From NCBI GenBank assembly GCA_044355515.1, contig JBIKXY010000003.1, positions 1 to 40,359 on the forward strand: a stretch of 40,359 bases of DNA, given 5' to 3'. Shown here in pieces: positions 31,098-40,359 of the stretch. Within the stretch, counting starts at the first letter, position 1; the number at the start of each line of letters is the position of its first letter. The notes beneath the pieces were generated by a model, which did no database searches, had not been told where the DNA came from, and saw only the letters and a list, made by a program, of their open reading frames with translations. The translations under genes and the position numbers were made by a program. Source of the DNA: Pirellulales bacterium. Lineage in GTDB: Bacteria > Planctomycetota > Planctomycetia > Pirellulales > UBA1268.

Positions 31098-31760
31098 TCA
31101 GGTCGTCTCGGTGCGGTGGCGGACGATCTCCCCCTCCACCATGTAGACCACGTCCTCGGCGATGTTCGTGGCCATGTCGGCGATCCGCTCGATGTGCTTG
31201 GAGACCGAGTTGATCCGCAGCAGGCTCTCGGCGTTTTCCGGGTCGTCCCTGATGCCCTGCATCACCCGCCGCTGGATCCGCTGCCGGCCCTCGTCCACGG
31301 CGTCGTCCTCCTCGCGGATTTGCCGGGCCAGGCCCGGGTCGCCCCGGACCACGGCGTCGAGGCACTGCTTCACCATCTCCTGGGCCTGCATCGCCATCGA
31401 GCGGAGCTCCGGCGGCAGCGGCACCTCCTGGCAGCCGGCCAGCTGAGCCACCCGCTTGGCGATGTTCTTGGCCAGGTCCCCCATCCGCTCGAGGTCGTTG
31501 TTGATCTTGAGCACGGCCACCACGAACCGCAGGTCGGCGGCCACCGGCTGGTAGAGGGCCAGGATCTTGAGGCACTCCTCCTCGACTTCGACCTCCATCC
31601 GATCGATGGCCTCGTCGTTGGCCATCACCCGCTGGGCCAGCGGCACGTCGCGGTTGATCAGGGCCGTGATCGACTTGGAGATCGCCTCCTCGACCAGCGT
31701 GCCGACGCGGAGGATCCGCTCTTTCAGGTTCTCGATCTGTCGCTCGATGTGACGCGTCAT
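31098..31760 (-). CDS. phoU: Phosphate signalling protein PhoU
   Basis: QPVAADLR, DLERMGD, IERIADMATNIAE. Last gene of the pst operon. Confidence 0.97.
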   Translation of the reverse strand: MTRHIERQIENLKERILRVGTLVEEAISKSITALINRDVPLAQRVMANDEAIDRMEVEVEEECLKILALYQPVAADLRFVVAVLKINNDLERMGDLAKNIAKRVAQLAGCQEVPLPPELRSMAMQAQEMVKQCLDAVVRGDPGLARQIREEDDAVDEGRQRIQRRVMQGIRDDPENAESLLRINSVSKHIERIADMATNIAEDVVYMVEGEIVRHRTETT

Positions 31761-31774
31761 GATTCGCCGCCAGG

Positions 31775-32650
31775 TCAGCCAAACCGGCCGGTGACGTAGG
31801 CCTCCGTCTCGCGGAGGACGGGCTTGGTGAAAATCTCGGGCGTGGCCCCGTATTCGATCAGCCGGCCCAGGTACATGAAGGCCGTATAGTCGCTCGTGCG
31901 GCTGGCCTGCTGCATGTTGTGGGTCACCATCAGGACGGAGTAGCGGCCGCGGAGCTCCTGGATCAGGTCCTCGATCTTGCCGGTGGCGATCGGGTCGAGG
32001 GCGGAGCAGGGCTCGTCGAGCAGGAGCACCTCGGGCTCGGCCGCGATCGCCCGGGCGATGCAGAGCCGCTGCTGCTGGCCGCCGGAGAGCCCCAGCGCGC
32101 TATCCTGAAGCCGGTCCTTGACCTCGTCCCAGAGCGCCGCCCCGCGGAGGCTGAGCTCGCAGACCTCGTCGAGCACGCCCCGGTTGTTCTCGCCGTCGAT
32201 CCGCAGGGCGTAGACCACGTTCTCGTAGATGCTCATCGGAAAGGGATTGGGCTTCTGGAACACCATCCCCATCCGCTTGCGGAGCTCGATCACGTCCATC
32301 CGCGGGTCGTAGATCGAGTCGCCGTTGAGCCGCATGTCGCCGGTGATCCGGACGTTCCGCACCAGGTCGTTGAGCCGGTTGACGCTCCGCAGGAGGGTGG
32401 ACTTGCCGCAGCCGCTGGGGCCCACGAGCGCCGTCACCTTGGCGTTGGGGATCGGCATCGTGATCCGGTGGAGGGCCTGCTTCGAGCCATACCAGAGGTT
32501 GAAGCGATCGACCTCGAGCACCGGCCGCTCGGCCAGCACGCCGGCATGCACCTCCGACTCCACCTCGAAGCCCCGGGCGACCGCCAGCAGCCGGTCGGCC
32601 GGCGGGGCCTCGCCGGCCGGCTGCGGTTCGGGCTTGATGGCCGCCTGCAT
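31775..32650 (-). CDS. pstB: Phosphate ABC transporter ATPase
   Basis: [50 protein letters not shown]. Confidence 0.97.
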   Translation of the reverse strand: MQAAIKPEPQPAGEAPPADRLLAVARGFEVESEVHAGVLAERPVLEVDRFNLWYGSKQALHRITMPIPNAKVTALVGPSGCGKSTLLRSVNRLNDLVRNVRITGDMRLNGDSIYDPRMDVIELRKRMGMVFQKPNPFPMSIYENVVYALRIDGENNRGVLDEVCELSLRGAALWDEVKDRLQDSALGLSGGQQQRLCIARAIAAEPEVLLLDEPCSALDPIATGKIEDLIQELRGRYSVLMVTHNMQQASRTSDYTAFMYLGRLIEYGATPEIFTKPVLRETEAYVTGRFG

Positions 32651-32693
32651 GGGGAGGTCTCCGGGGAAGGCCGCGGGATTGTACACCGCGGAT

Positions 32694-34370
32694 TCAGAAT
32701 GTTTGCGCCGCGTATCGCCGCCGCAGCCGGGACCGCAGCCAAATGGCCGCGATATTCAAGACCGCGATGATCGCCACCAGCAGGAAGGTGATCGTGAACA
32801 CCATCGGCTGGGCGGCCTGGCTGTCGGCGCTCTGGAAGCCGACGTCGTAGATCAGGTAGGCCAGATGCATGAACTCCCGCTCCGGGTGGACGAAGGGGAA
32901 GCTGCCGTCCACCGGCAGATCGAGGGCCAGCTTCTTGACCCCCACCAGCATCAGGGGCGCCACCTCGCCGGCCCCCCGGGCCATCGCCAGGATCAGGCCC
33001 GTCATGATGCCCGGCAGCGCTCGGGGCAGCACGATCCGCCGGATCGTCTGCCACTTGCCCGCGCCGCAGGCGTAGGAGCCCTCCCGCATCGAGTTGGGCA
33101 CGGCCGAGAGCGCCTCCTCCGTGGCCACGATCACCACCGGCAGCGTGAGCAGCGCGAGCGTGAGCGAGGCCCAGAGCAGTCCCCCCGTGCCGAACACGGG
33201 CTGGCCATCGGCCACGGTGCTGGCCCGGAAGAACAGCTCGTCGATCCCGGCCCCCAGGCCGTAGCAGAAGAAGCCCAGTCCGAATGCGCCGTAGACGATG
33301 CTCGGCACGCCCGCGAGGTTGTTGATCGCGATCCGCACGGCCGCGACGATCGGCCCGCTCGTGGCATATTCGCGGAGGTAGAGCGCCGCGAGCACGCCGA
33401 AGGGCGCCACCAGGAGCGCCATGATCAGCGTCATGGTGACGGTGCCCCAGATCGCTGGAAAGACGCCGCCGGCGCTATTGGCCTCGCGGGGGTCGTCGGC
33501 CAAAAACTCGCCCCAGCGGGAGGCGTACACGCCCAGCCGCCCGGCCAGCCCCAGCCGGTTGGGCTGCCAGGCCCGCACGATCCCGTCGAGCGGCACGCTC
33601 GTGATTCCGCCCGAGGCGGTCTCGAACTCCACCGCCCAGCCGGCGTTCTGCTCCCGGAGCGCGGCCGTCTCGCCGTCGAGCCGCCGGGTCACCTGGGCCA
33701 CCGCCTCCTGCTCCCGTGCCTCGGCCTCCACTGCCCGCCGCTCGGCCTCGCTCTCCGCGGCCGAGTCGAGCCTGGCCTGCACCACGGCCAGCCGGGCGGC
33801 CCGCAGCCGCCGCTGAAGCTTGCCCCGCTCGACCCGGTCGATCCGCAGCGCCTGCCGCCACCGCCGGCGGGCCGCCGGATGCTCTTCGGCATACGCTTTC
33901 CAGACGTCGGCCGACCCCTCGGCCACGGCCTGGTCACCGTGCACGAGCCGCCGCGGGATCCCATGCAGCCGTCCTCCCTCGACCCGCTCGACCACCGTGG
34001 CCCATTCGGGGCGGCTCGTGGCGGCGATGGCCGCTTCGTCCACCCATTCGAAGCTGCTCCCCGACTCGGCCTGGGCCGCCGTGCGCAGGAGCAGCCGGGC
34101 CGGCTGCCCTTCGCTGCCGGCTCCCGGCGGCACCGCCGCTTCCCGCTCGGTCACCTCGCCGAGCAGTCGCCGACCGTCGGTGAGTTCGACCCGTTCCAGC
34201 GGCACCGGCCAAAACGTGGCCGCCCCGCGGACGGCGATCAGGGCCAAGAGGCCGACGATCATCACGATTGCCGTGGCCAGGGACCCGGCGGTCAGCCAGA
34301 CCCAGGGCTCGCCGTGGGCCGCGAGCCCGGCGTGGGCGCTTCGCAGCCGGCGGGGCCGATCAGAGCTCAT
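32694..34370 (-). CDS. pstA: Phosphate ABC transporter permease PstA (long form)
   Basis: [40 protein letters not shown], with a large periplasmic helical insert. Confidence 0.95.
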   Translation of the reverse strand: MSSDRPRRLRSAHAGLAAHGEPWVWLTAGSLATAIVMIVGLLALIAVRGAATFWPVPLERVELTDGRRLLGEVTEREAAVPPGAGSEGQPARLLLRTAAQAESGSSFEWVDEAAIAATSRPEWATVVERVEGGRLHGIPRRLVHGDQAVAEGSADVWKAYAEEHPAARRRWRQALRIDRVERGKLQRRLRAARLAVVQARLDSAAESEAERRAVEAEAREQEAVAQVTRRLDGETAALREQNAGWAVEFETASGGITSVPLDGIVRAWQPNRLGLAGRLGVYASRWGEFLADDPREANSAGGVFPAIWGTVTMTLIMALLVAPFGVLAALYLREYATSGPIVAAVRIAINNLAGVPSIVYGAFGLGFFCYGLGAGIDELFFRASTVADGQPVFGTGGLLWASLTLALLTLPVVIVATEEALSAVPNSMREGSYACGAGKWQTIRRIVLPRALPGIMTGLILAMARGAGEVAPLMLVGVKKLALDLPVDGSFPFVHPEREFMHLAYLIYDVGFQSADSQAAQPMVFTITFLLVAIIAVLNIAAIWLRSRLRRRYAAQTF

Positions 34371-36954
34371 GGGCCCGCCTCCGGAACCGCTGCCGCACGA
34401 TCTCGGCGGCCGTGTTGACGACGAATGTGATCGCGAACAGCGCGAGCGCCGCCAGGAACAGCACCCGATAGTGGGTGCTGCCCCGCGCCGCCTCCGGCAG
34501 TTCGGTGGCGATCGCGGCGGACAGCGTCTGGAAGCCGTTGAACAGGTTCCAGCTCACAAGCGGGGTGTTGCCCGCCGCCATCAGCACGATCATCGTCTCG
34601 CCCACGGCCCGCCCCAGGCCGATCATCACCGCGGAAAACAGCCCGCTGGCCGCCGCGGGCACGATCACGCGGATCGCCGTCTGCCAGGGGGTGGCCCCCG
34701 CCCCGAGCGACGCGCTGCGGAGGTGCTCCGGCACGCTCGTGAGGGCGTCGTCGGCGATCGTGAACACCAGCGGGATGATCGCGAAGCTCATCCCCACCGC
34801 CACCACCAGCGCATTCCGCTGCACGTAGGTGCCGAACAGCCCCCCCCGCGTATCGAGGCGAATGGCGTCGAAGAAGAAGGCGGCACCGACCGCGAGCACC
34901 AGCACGCCGACCGCCCCGGCGGCGAACACGGCGAGCGAGACGGCCGCGGCCCGGCCGCGGCTCCAGGCCGCGCCCCGCCGTCGGAGCAGCGGACTGACCA
35001 CGTTGCCGGTGAACCAGGCCATCGCCACCGCCGCCAGCGGCAGCATCGCCACCACCCAGCCGCCGAAGCCGCTGCCATCGCGGCCGTCGAGCCAGCTGCG
35101 GACATCCCCCCGGAACAAGAGCCGCTCCGCCGCCGGGGCGAGCATCCCCGCGGCGATCAGGCCGGCGGGCATCGCCACCAGGGCCACGACCAGGAACCGC
35201 CAGCCGGCCAGGCTCGTGCGGAGGCCCGAGGGCAGCAGCAGCCAGAGGTGGGCCCCGAGCAGGATCGCCAGCGGCACCGTCACGAAGCCCGTCAGCACCG
35301 CCATCAGCCACTGCTCGATCAGCGGCGCGAAGATCAGGCCGGCCACGAAGCCGAGCACCACGCTCGGCAGGCTCGCCATCATCTCGATCGTGGGCTTGAT
35401 CCGGGCCTTCCATTTCGGCTGCATGAACTGGCTGGCGTAGATCGCCGCCAGGATCGCGATCGGCGTGGCGAACAGCATCGAATAGAGCGTGGCCTTGACC
35501 GTGCCGAACACGAGCGGCAACAGGCCGAACTTGGACTCGAAAGCCTCGTGGCCCGTCGTCTCCCAGGCATGCACGGGGCCGGGATAGCCCTCGTACCAAA
35601 CCGGCCCGAGGAGCGTCTGGAGCGAGACCTCGGGATAGCCCGCGTCGATCGACCAGGCGGCCAGCCGGCGGCCGCCGGCGGCGAGCAGCCGGTTCTCCCG
35701 GGCCGGGATTGCCAGGGCCGTGGCGGCGGCCTTGGCCGGCGCCGCCGGGCCGACCTCGGTCACCTCGCGGCTGGCCGTGGAATGAAGCAGCCGCACCCGG
35801 CCGGCCGCGTCGGCCGTGGCGAACAGCCGCGACCGGGGCGAGGCGGCGATCGCGGTGACGGCCGGAGCCCCAGGGCCCGCGGGAAACTCGCGGGCCGTCA
35901 CGACGGCCAGGCCGTCGTCCGTCGGCTTGGCGCCGGCGGCCGGCGTGGCCCGGGCCGCGAACATGATCCGCACGCCGCCGTCGTCGCCCCCGACGGCCAG
36001 GCCCGTGCCGCCGAACAGCCGCTCGACCGCCGCGACCGGGCCGCCGGCCGCAAACGACTCCATCAGCTTCGGCGCGGTCACGTCGCGAATCAGATACCGC
36101 CGCCCGCTGCCGTCGGCCGCGAGCAGAAACAGCTGATCGCCCAGTTCCGAGACCCGGACGAACCGCGGCCGGAAGCCCGGGACGGCGGCAATCGTGGCCC
36201 CCGCGGCGACGGTCGTCCGCTTGCCGGTCCGCATGTTTCGCTTCGAGGTGGCCGACTCGACCCGGACGCGGCCCTCCTCGTCGAGCGCCGCCACCAGCGG
36301 CCCGCCGGCCAGCGGCGTGATGTCGATGTCGATGATCCGCGCGGGCAGCGACTCGCCGCCGGGCGTGGCGAGGTCGGCGACGAGCCCGACCCGGGCGAGT
36401 TGCCCCCCCTGCCCGCGGACGACGACGCCGCCGTCGGGCAACGAGCCCGCTTCACCCTCGGCCGGAGCCGTGGTGCCGGCGGGCAGGTCGGCGGCGGCGA
36501 GGAATGACGACTCGAGCCCGAGGCGGCCCGTGCGAAACGTGCCGTCGGCGAATCCGGCAGCCGCGAGCAGGCTACCGGGCACGACCCGCACGGCCGAGCA
36601 GCCGGCCAGGCCGATCTCCGCGGCCGGCTTGTGGAACAACGTCTTGCCGTTGGCCAGCCCGAGGCCGCGGAGGCCGTCGGCGGAGAGCACCCAGCCGAGG
36701 TCGCCCGACTCGTCGCCGCCGACGGCCAGCGGCGGGGCGTCGGCCAGCGCCGCCGAGCCGGCGGCCGCGGTCCGGGCCGGCCGAAACAGCGGGGCCGCCA
36801 CCACCAGGAGAAACACTCCCACGCCCAGCACCGCCAGGATCGTGCCGATGCCGCCCAGCGTGATCAGGCCGCGGGCCAGCGCGTCGCTGAACCGCACCCA
36901 CGGATGGCTCGTGCGGCGACGGCTGCGGCCGGTGAAGGTGCCGTGGGCATGCAT
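34360..36954 (-). CDS. pstC: Phosphate ABC transporter permease PstC (long form with beta-propeller-like domain)
   Basis: VWYEGY, KPTIEMMASLPSVVLG, SLGAGATPWQT, GRAVGETMIVLM; 864 aa. Confidence 0.93.
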   Translation of the reverse strand: MHAHGTFTGRSRRRTSHPWVRFSDALARGLITLGGIGTILAVLGVGVFLLVVAAPLFRPARTAAAGSAALADAPPLAVGGDESGDLGWVLSADGLRGLGLANGKTLFHKPAAEIGLAGCSAVRVVPGSLLAAAGFADGTFRTGRLGLESSFLAAADLPAGTTAPAEGEAGSLPDGGVVVRGQGGQLARVGLVADLATPGGESLPARIIDIDITPLAGGPLVAALDEEGRVRVESATSKRNMRTGKRTTVAAGATIAAVPGFRPRFVRVSELGDQLFLLAADGSGRRYLIRDVTAPKLMESFAAGGPVAAVERLFGGTGLAVGGDDGGVRIMFAARATPAAGAKPTDDGLAVVTAREFPAGPGAPAVTAIAASPRSRLFATADAAGRVRLLHSTASREVTEVGPAAPAKAAATALAIPARENRLLAAGGRRLAAWSIDAGYPEVSLQTLLGPVWYEGYPGPVHAWETTGHEAFESKFGLLPLVFGTVKATLYSMLFATPIAILAAIYASQFMQPKWKARIKPTIEMMASLPSVVLGFVAGLIFAPLIEQWLMAVLTGFVTVPLAILLGAHLWLLLPSGLRTSLAGWRFLVVALVAMPAGLIAAGMLAPAAERLLFRGDVRSWLDGRDGSGFGGWVVAMLPLAAVAMAWFTGNVVSPLLRRRGAAWSRGRAAAVSLAVFAAGAVGVLVLAVGAAFFFDAIRLDTRGGLFGTYVQRNALVVAVGMSFAIIPLVFTIADDALTSVPEHLRSASLGAGATPWQTAIRVIVPAAASGLFSAVMIGLGRAVGETMIVLMAAGNTPLVSWNLFNGFQTLSAAIATELPEAARGSTHYRVLFLAALALFAITFVVNTAAEIVRQRFRRRAHEL

Positions 36955-36971
36955 GCCGCGGGGTTCGTTTC

Positions 36972-37976
36972 CTACGGCGTTTCGATTCCGACCTCGGCCA
37001 GGGCCTCGGCGGCCACGGCCGGGGTGACCGGCAGGTAGCCGTCCTTGGTCACGTCGGCCTGACCCTCGCGGCTGAGCACGTAGCGGAGAAACTCCCGCCG
37101 CAGCGGGTCGAGCTCACTGCCCGGGCGATGATTGACGCTCAGATACAGAAACCGCGACAGCGGATAGTCGCCCGAATAGGCCGCCTCCGGCACGGGCGCC
37201 ACGGCCTCGGCGTCGGGCTCGGCGGCGAGGGGCAAGGCCCGGACGTTGGCGGTCATGTAGCCGATCCCGCTGTAGCCGATGCCGAACTTGTCGCTCGCCA
37301 CGGCCGTGACCACCGAGGAACTGCCCGGCTGCTCCTTGACCGTGGGCTTGAAGTCGCCCTTGAAGAGGGCGAACTCCTTGAAATAGCCGTAGGTGCCGCT
37401 GGTGGCGTTGCGGCCGTAGAGGCTGATCGGCCGGTCCTTCCACTCCCCCTCCAGGCCGAGGTCGCCCCAGGTGCGGATGTCGGCCTTGGCTCCACCGGTG
37501 CGATTCTTGGAGAAGATCGCATCGACCTGCTGGAGCGAGAGCGATTTCAGGGGATTGTCCTTGTGGACGAAGACCACGAGCATGTCGAGGGCCGTGGGCA
37601 CGACGGTGGGGGCGTAGCCGTGCTTGGCCTTGAAGGCGTCGATCTCGGAGGGCTTCCAGTCGCGGCTCATCGGGCCGAACGAGCAGGTGCCCTCGGCCAA
37701 GGCCGGCGGCGCCGAGGCCGAGCCCTTGCCTTCGACTCCCTCGCGGACGCTGGGGTAGAACTTCTTGAAGCCCTCGGCCCAGAGGGCGACGAGGTTGTTC
37801 ATCGTGTCGGAGCCGACGCACTTGAGCGACCCGGCCACCTCGCCGGAAGCCTTGGTGTAGGCGGGCAGTTCGGCCACGGCGGTGTCGGCGGCGGGCGCCA
37901 AGGGCGCGAGCCCCATGATCAGGCTTGCGGCGGCGAGCAGGGAGCGGACCATGGGCCGGAAGCGGTCACGATTCAC
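36972..37976 (-). CDS. pstS: Phosphate-binding protein
   Basis: Signal peptide, VGSDTM, GKGSASAP, MSR, GRNATSGTY, YPLSRFLY. AGGAG SD before the GTG start. Confidence 0.96.
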   Translation of the reverse strand: MNRDRFRPMVRSLLAAASLIMGLAPLAPAADTAVAELPAYTKASGEVAGSLKCVGSDTMNNLVALWAEGFKKFYPSVREGVEGKGSASAPPALAEGTCSFGPMSRDWKPSEIDAFKAKHGYAPTVVPTALDMLVVFVHKDNPLKSLSLQQVDAIFSKNRTGGAKADIRTWGDLGLEGEWKDRPISLYGRNATSGTYGYFKEFALFKGDFKPTVKEQPGSSSVVTAVASDKFGIGYSGIGYMTANVRALPLAAEPDAEAVAPVPEAAYSGDYPLSRFLYLSVNHRPGSELDPLRREFLRYVLSREGQADVTKDGYLPVTPAVAAEALAEVGIETP

Positions 37977-38107
37977 GGGAAAGATCTCCTGACGGGGCGA
38001 GAAGGCGGGAGAGAGGGGGGCTTGGACTACGGCATTCCCGCGGGCTGTCTGGAATACGAGCCCGCCTCAACCGTTGCCCGGAAGGCCCGAGAGGCTAGTC
38101 AATCATC

Positions 38108-38136
38108 GTGAGCATTTGATGAGCCACCCATGCAGC
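38108..38136 (-). promoter_or_regulatory. Pho-box-like direct repeats upstream of pstS
   Basis: Minus strand GCTGCAT-gggt-GGCTCAT-caaa-TGCTCAC: 7-mers at exactly 11-bp pitch. Confidence 0.45.
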
Positions 38137-38205
38137 CAGACTCCGGGAACGAAACTATTTGGAATCTGCCCCGCGTCGCTGGACGTGCCATTCGGCGGAA
38201 ACGAG

Positions 38206-38238
38206 AACCGGGAGGCTTGCAGCAGCAGCCTCCCGGTT
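38206..38238 (-). terminator. Intrinsic terminator-like hairpin after the PEP-CTERM gene
   Basis: Perfect 12-bp stem AACCGGGAGGCT / AGCCTCCCGGTT with a 9-nt loop and T-rich tails. Confidence 0.7.
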
Positions 38239-38299
38239 TCATTCCGTCTCGAAGTGGATTTGACTCGGCGGGGGTCAGGCTCTCCCGACCAGTCCGTTG

Positions 38300-38992
38300 T
38301 CAGCGCAACGCCATCCTTCGCCGCGCGAGCGAGATCCCGCAGCACCCGAGGCCGGCGACCGCAAGGCCGAGGGCCGAGGGCTCCGGGACGGCGCTGACCG
38401 AGACACTGTACGCCGAAGGACCTGCAGCCCAGTTGCCCGGATTGCTGTTCTGGATCCGGGACGAACCCAGATACGAATAGCCTGACCCGTTTTGCTGCGA
38501 AGGCGGCGTGAAATCAGTCTCTTCGTACACCCAGGTCCAAGGCACGGAAAAATCAGGTACGACCCAGTAGCTCGTATTCGCGGCGAGGGTGGCGCCCGTG
38601 AACGTGAACGTGTACTTGGCGTTATTGCCCACCTCGGTCGAGGAAGACGTGAACTGCGGAGTTCCTGGGAGATTCGAACTGCTGGAATAAATGGAGACCG
38701 TTCGCGGAAGCGTTCCCGTCGAGGTGGCGAAGGCACCGATCGTCACAGACTGCAACTCCAGGGCGGTCGAAGCGGCTCCCGTGGTAAAGCCCTGAGCGAT
38801 CGCGGCAGTCGTCGCCGATCCGGGCCCGAAGTCCGTTTGGGTACTGCTCAGTCCACCTGCCCCGGTCGGGCCCAGATTGCCGAACACGACCTCGGCTTGA
38901 ACCGACGAGGCGACCATACCGAAGGACACGGCGACAAAAAGTGCGGCGGCGACCGGCCCCGAGTTTTTCGACATCATGATGACGCTTGCCAA
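38300..38992 (-). CDS. PEP-CTERM surface protein (choice-of-anchor R-like domain)
   Basis: Signal peptide VQA-EV, a Ser/Thr-rich beta domain (AQGFTTG, LQSVTI, LAANTSYWVV), and C-terminal VPEPS-TM-RRR. Start TTG 38992 after GGAGG, or ATG 38977. Confidence 0.9.
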   Translation of the reverse strand: MASVIMMSKNSGPVAAALFVAVSFGMVASSVQAEVVFGNLGPTGAGGLSSTQTDFGPGSATTAAIAQGFTTGAASTALELQSVTIGAFATSTGTLPRTVSIYSSSSNLPGTPQFTSSSTEVGNNAKYTFTFTGATLAANTSYWVVPDFSVPWTWVYEETDFTPPSQQNGSGYSYLGSSRIQNSNPGNWAAGPSAYSVSVSAVPEPSALGLAVAGLGCCGISLARRRMALR

Positions 38993-39062
38993 GCTCCACC
39001 TCCAAGACCGCGAGACATAGCTTTTCAGACCGGGAGACGCCCTCGGGCGCAGACCCCGGCGA

Positions 39063-39091
39063 AGAATAGTGGATCACAAACCGGACGTCCA
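39063..39091 (-). promoter_or_regulatory. Putative sigma70 promoter of the PEP-CTERM gene
   Basis: TGGACG (39091-86), N17, TATTCT (39068-63). Confidence 0.4.
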
Positions 39092-39268
39092 CCAGATTGC
39101 TCCGGTCGTCGAAAACGCTGGATAATGATTGGTCCGCCCGAGATTTCCGCTGATCGCGGGGGGGGGCCGTGTCACCCGAGCGGGATCGAAAACCGAGCCC
39201 GTGCCTCGCGATACCGCCGCGTCCCAGCGTGATCCGGTCACAGAGCGACCCGACTCGAGGACAGCGGT

Positions 39269-40359
39269 TCAGCCGTCGGCCGGGCCTGACTCCGGGGCGA
39301 AGCCGCGGCGGAGCGTGTTCTCCGTGACCGTCCGCGGCACCGTGAACTGCAGCAGATACTCGGGGCCGCCCGCCTTGCTGCCGATCCCGCTCAGCCGATA
39401 GCCGCCGAACGGCTGCCGGTTGACCAGCGCCCCGGTGATCCCGCGATTGAAGTACACGTTGCCGGCGGCCAGCCGCTCGGCCGCCTGCCGCAGCCGGGCC
39501 GGGCTGCGGGAGTAGACGCCGGCCGTGAGCGCGGAGGCCGTGCCATTGGCCAACTCGATCGCGTGCCCGAAGTCGCGGGCCCGAAACACCGCCAGCACCG
39601 GGCCGAAGATCTCCTCCTGGCCGAGCGGCCCGGCGGGATCCACGTCGGCGAACACGTGCGGCCCCACGAAGGTGCCCCGCTCGGCCAGCGGCCCCACCTC
39701 CACGCCCGCGACGAGCCGGGCCTCCCGGCGGCCGATCTCCAGGAACGACCGCACGCGGTCGCGGGCCTCCTCGTCCACGACCGGCCCGACCCGCGTGCCG
39801 GGATCCTCCGCCGGGCCGACCCCCAGGCTCTTCACGGCCTCGGCCAGCCGGGCCAGGAAGGCGTCGTGCACCTGGTCGAGCACGATCGCCCGCGAGCAGG
39901 CCGAGCACTTCTGCCCCTGGAAGCCGAAGGCACTGGCCACCACCCCGACCACCGCCTCATCGAGGTCGGCATCGTCATCGACGATGATCGCGTTCTTCCC
40001 GCCGAGCTCGGCGATCACCTTCTTGATCACGCGGCTCTGCGGGGCGGCCGAGGCCTCGGCCGCGAGCCGGTTGATCGCCAGGCCCACGGCCCGCGAGCCG
40101 GTGAAGGCGACGAGCGCCGTATCGGGATGCGACACGAGCACCGGCCCCAACTCCTCGCCGCGGCCCGGCAGGAAGGCGACCGCTCCGGCCGGAACACCCG
40201 CCTCGCGGAGGATCTCGAACAGCCGCAGCCCCGTCAGCGACGACTGCTCCGCCGGTTTCATCACGACGGCGTTGCCCGTCACCAGGGCCGCGGCGGTCAT
40301 CCCGCAGAGGATCGCCAGGGGAAAGTTCCAGGGGGCGATCACCACGGCCACGCCCCGGG
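39269..40359 (-). CDS. putA: L-glutamate gamma-semialdehyde (P5C) dehydrogenase domain, probably the C-terminus of PutA (partial)
   Basis: PWNFP, FTGS, ELGGKN, FQGQKCSA, EEIFGP, QPFGG, KAGGPEYL, ENTLRRGFAP. The frame is open to the right edge. Confidence 0.88.
   Translation of the reverse strand, partial: RGVAVVIAPWNFPLAILCGMTAAALVTGNAVVMKPAEQSSLTGLRLFEILREAGVPAGAVAFLPGRGEELGPVLVSHPDTALVAFTGSRAVGLAINRLAAEASAAPQSRVIKKVIAELGGKNAIIVDDDADLDEAVVGVVASAFGFQGQKCSACSRAIVLDQVHDAFLARLAEAVKSLGVGPAEDPGTRVGPVVDEEARDRVRSFLEIGRREARLVAGVEVGPLAERGTFVGPHVFADVDPAGPLGQEEIFGPVLAVFRARDFGHAIELANGTASALTAGVYSRSPARLRQAAERLAAGNVYFNRGITGALVNRQPFGGYRLSGIGSKAGGPEYLLQFTVPRTVTENTLRRGFAPESGPADG

Noticed and set aside
37977-39268. 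tRNA, riboswitch or other ncRNA in the intergenic gaps flanking the PEP-CTERM gene
   Set aside because: No cloverleaf, T-loop or recognisable aptamer consensus was seen by eye. An Rfam scan would be needed to exclude one fully.

Overview
This is a high-GC bacterial chromosomal segment. Gene content and style (orphan giant secretin, DUF11 protein, Cys-rich lipoprotein, PEP-CTERM protein, Bacillus-type sdhCAB, often weak SD sites) suggest Planctomycetota (Pirellulales-like); this is inference, not a database result. Most of it is core genome: flavin reductase, ThiF/MoeB, Aas-like ligase, leuS, glgC, family-4 UDG, DEAD-box helicase, sdhCAB, cutA, pstSCAB-phoU and the 3' end of putA. I saw no tRNA, rRNA, CRISPR array or mobile element. 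The best candidate for an undescribed system is 23913-29663. There an NhaR-like LysR regulator, with a perfect T-N11-A dyad over its own predicted start site, sits divergent from an ABC/HlyD/TolC operon. The ABC subunit has lost essentially every ATPase motif and no substrate gene is present. Other oddities are a GH2-like pseudo-glycosidase coupled to the Aas-like ligase, a metal-site-degenerate phosphoesterase upstream of cutA, and a PAS-GAF-pseudoDHp-receiver protein without a kinase domain. The window also has a (GGV)n repeat in the secretin, mirror-image divergent promoters, a Pho-box-like repeat upstream of pstS and a low-GC PEP-CTERM gene. All family calls come from motif recognition by eye, and start codons are best guesses.
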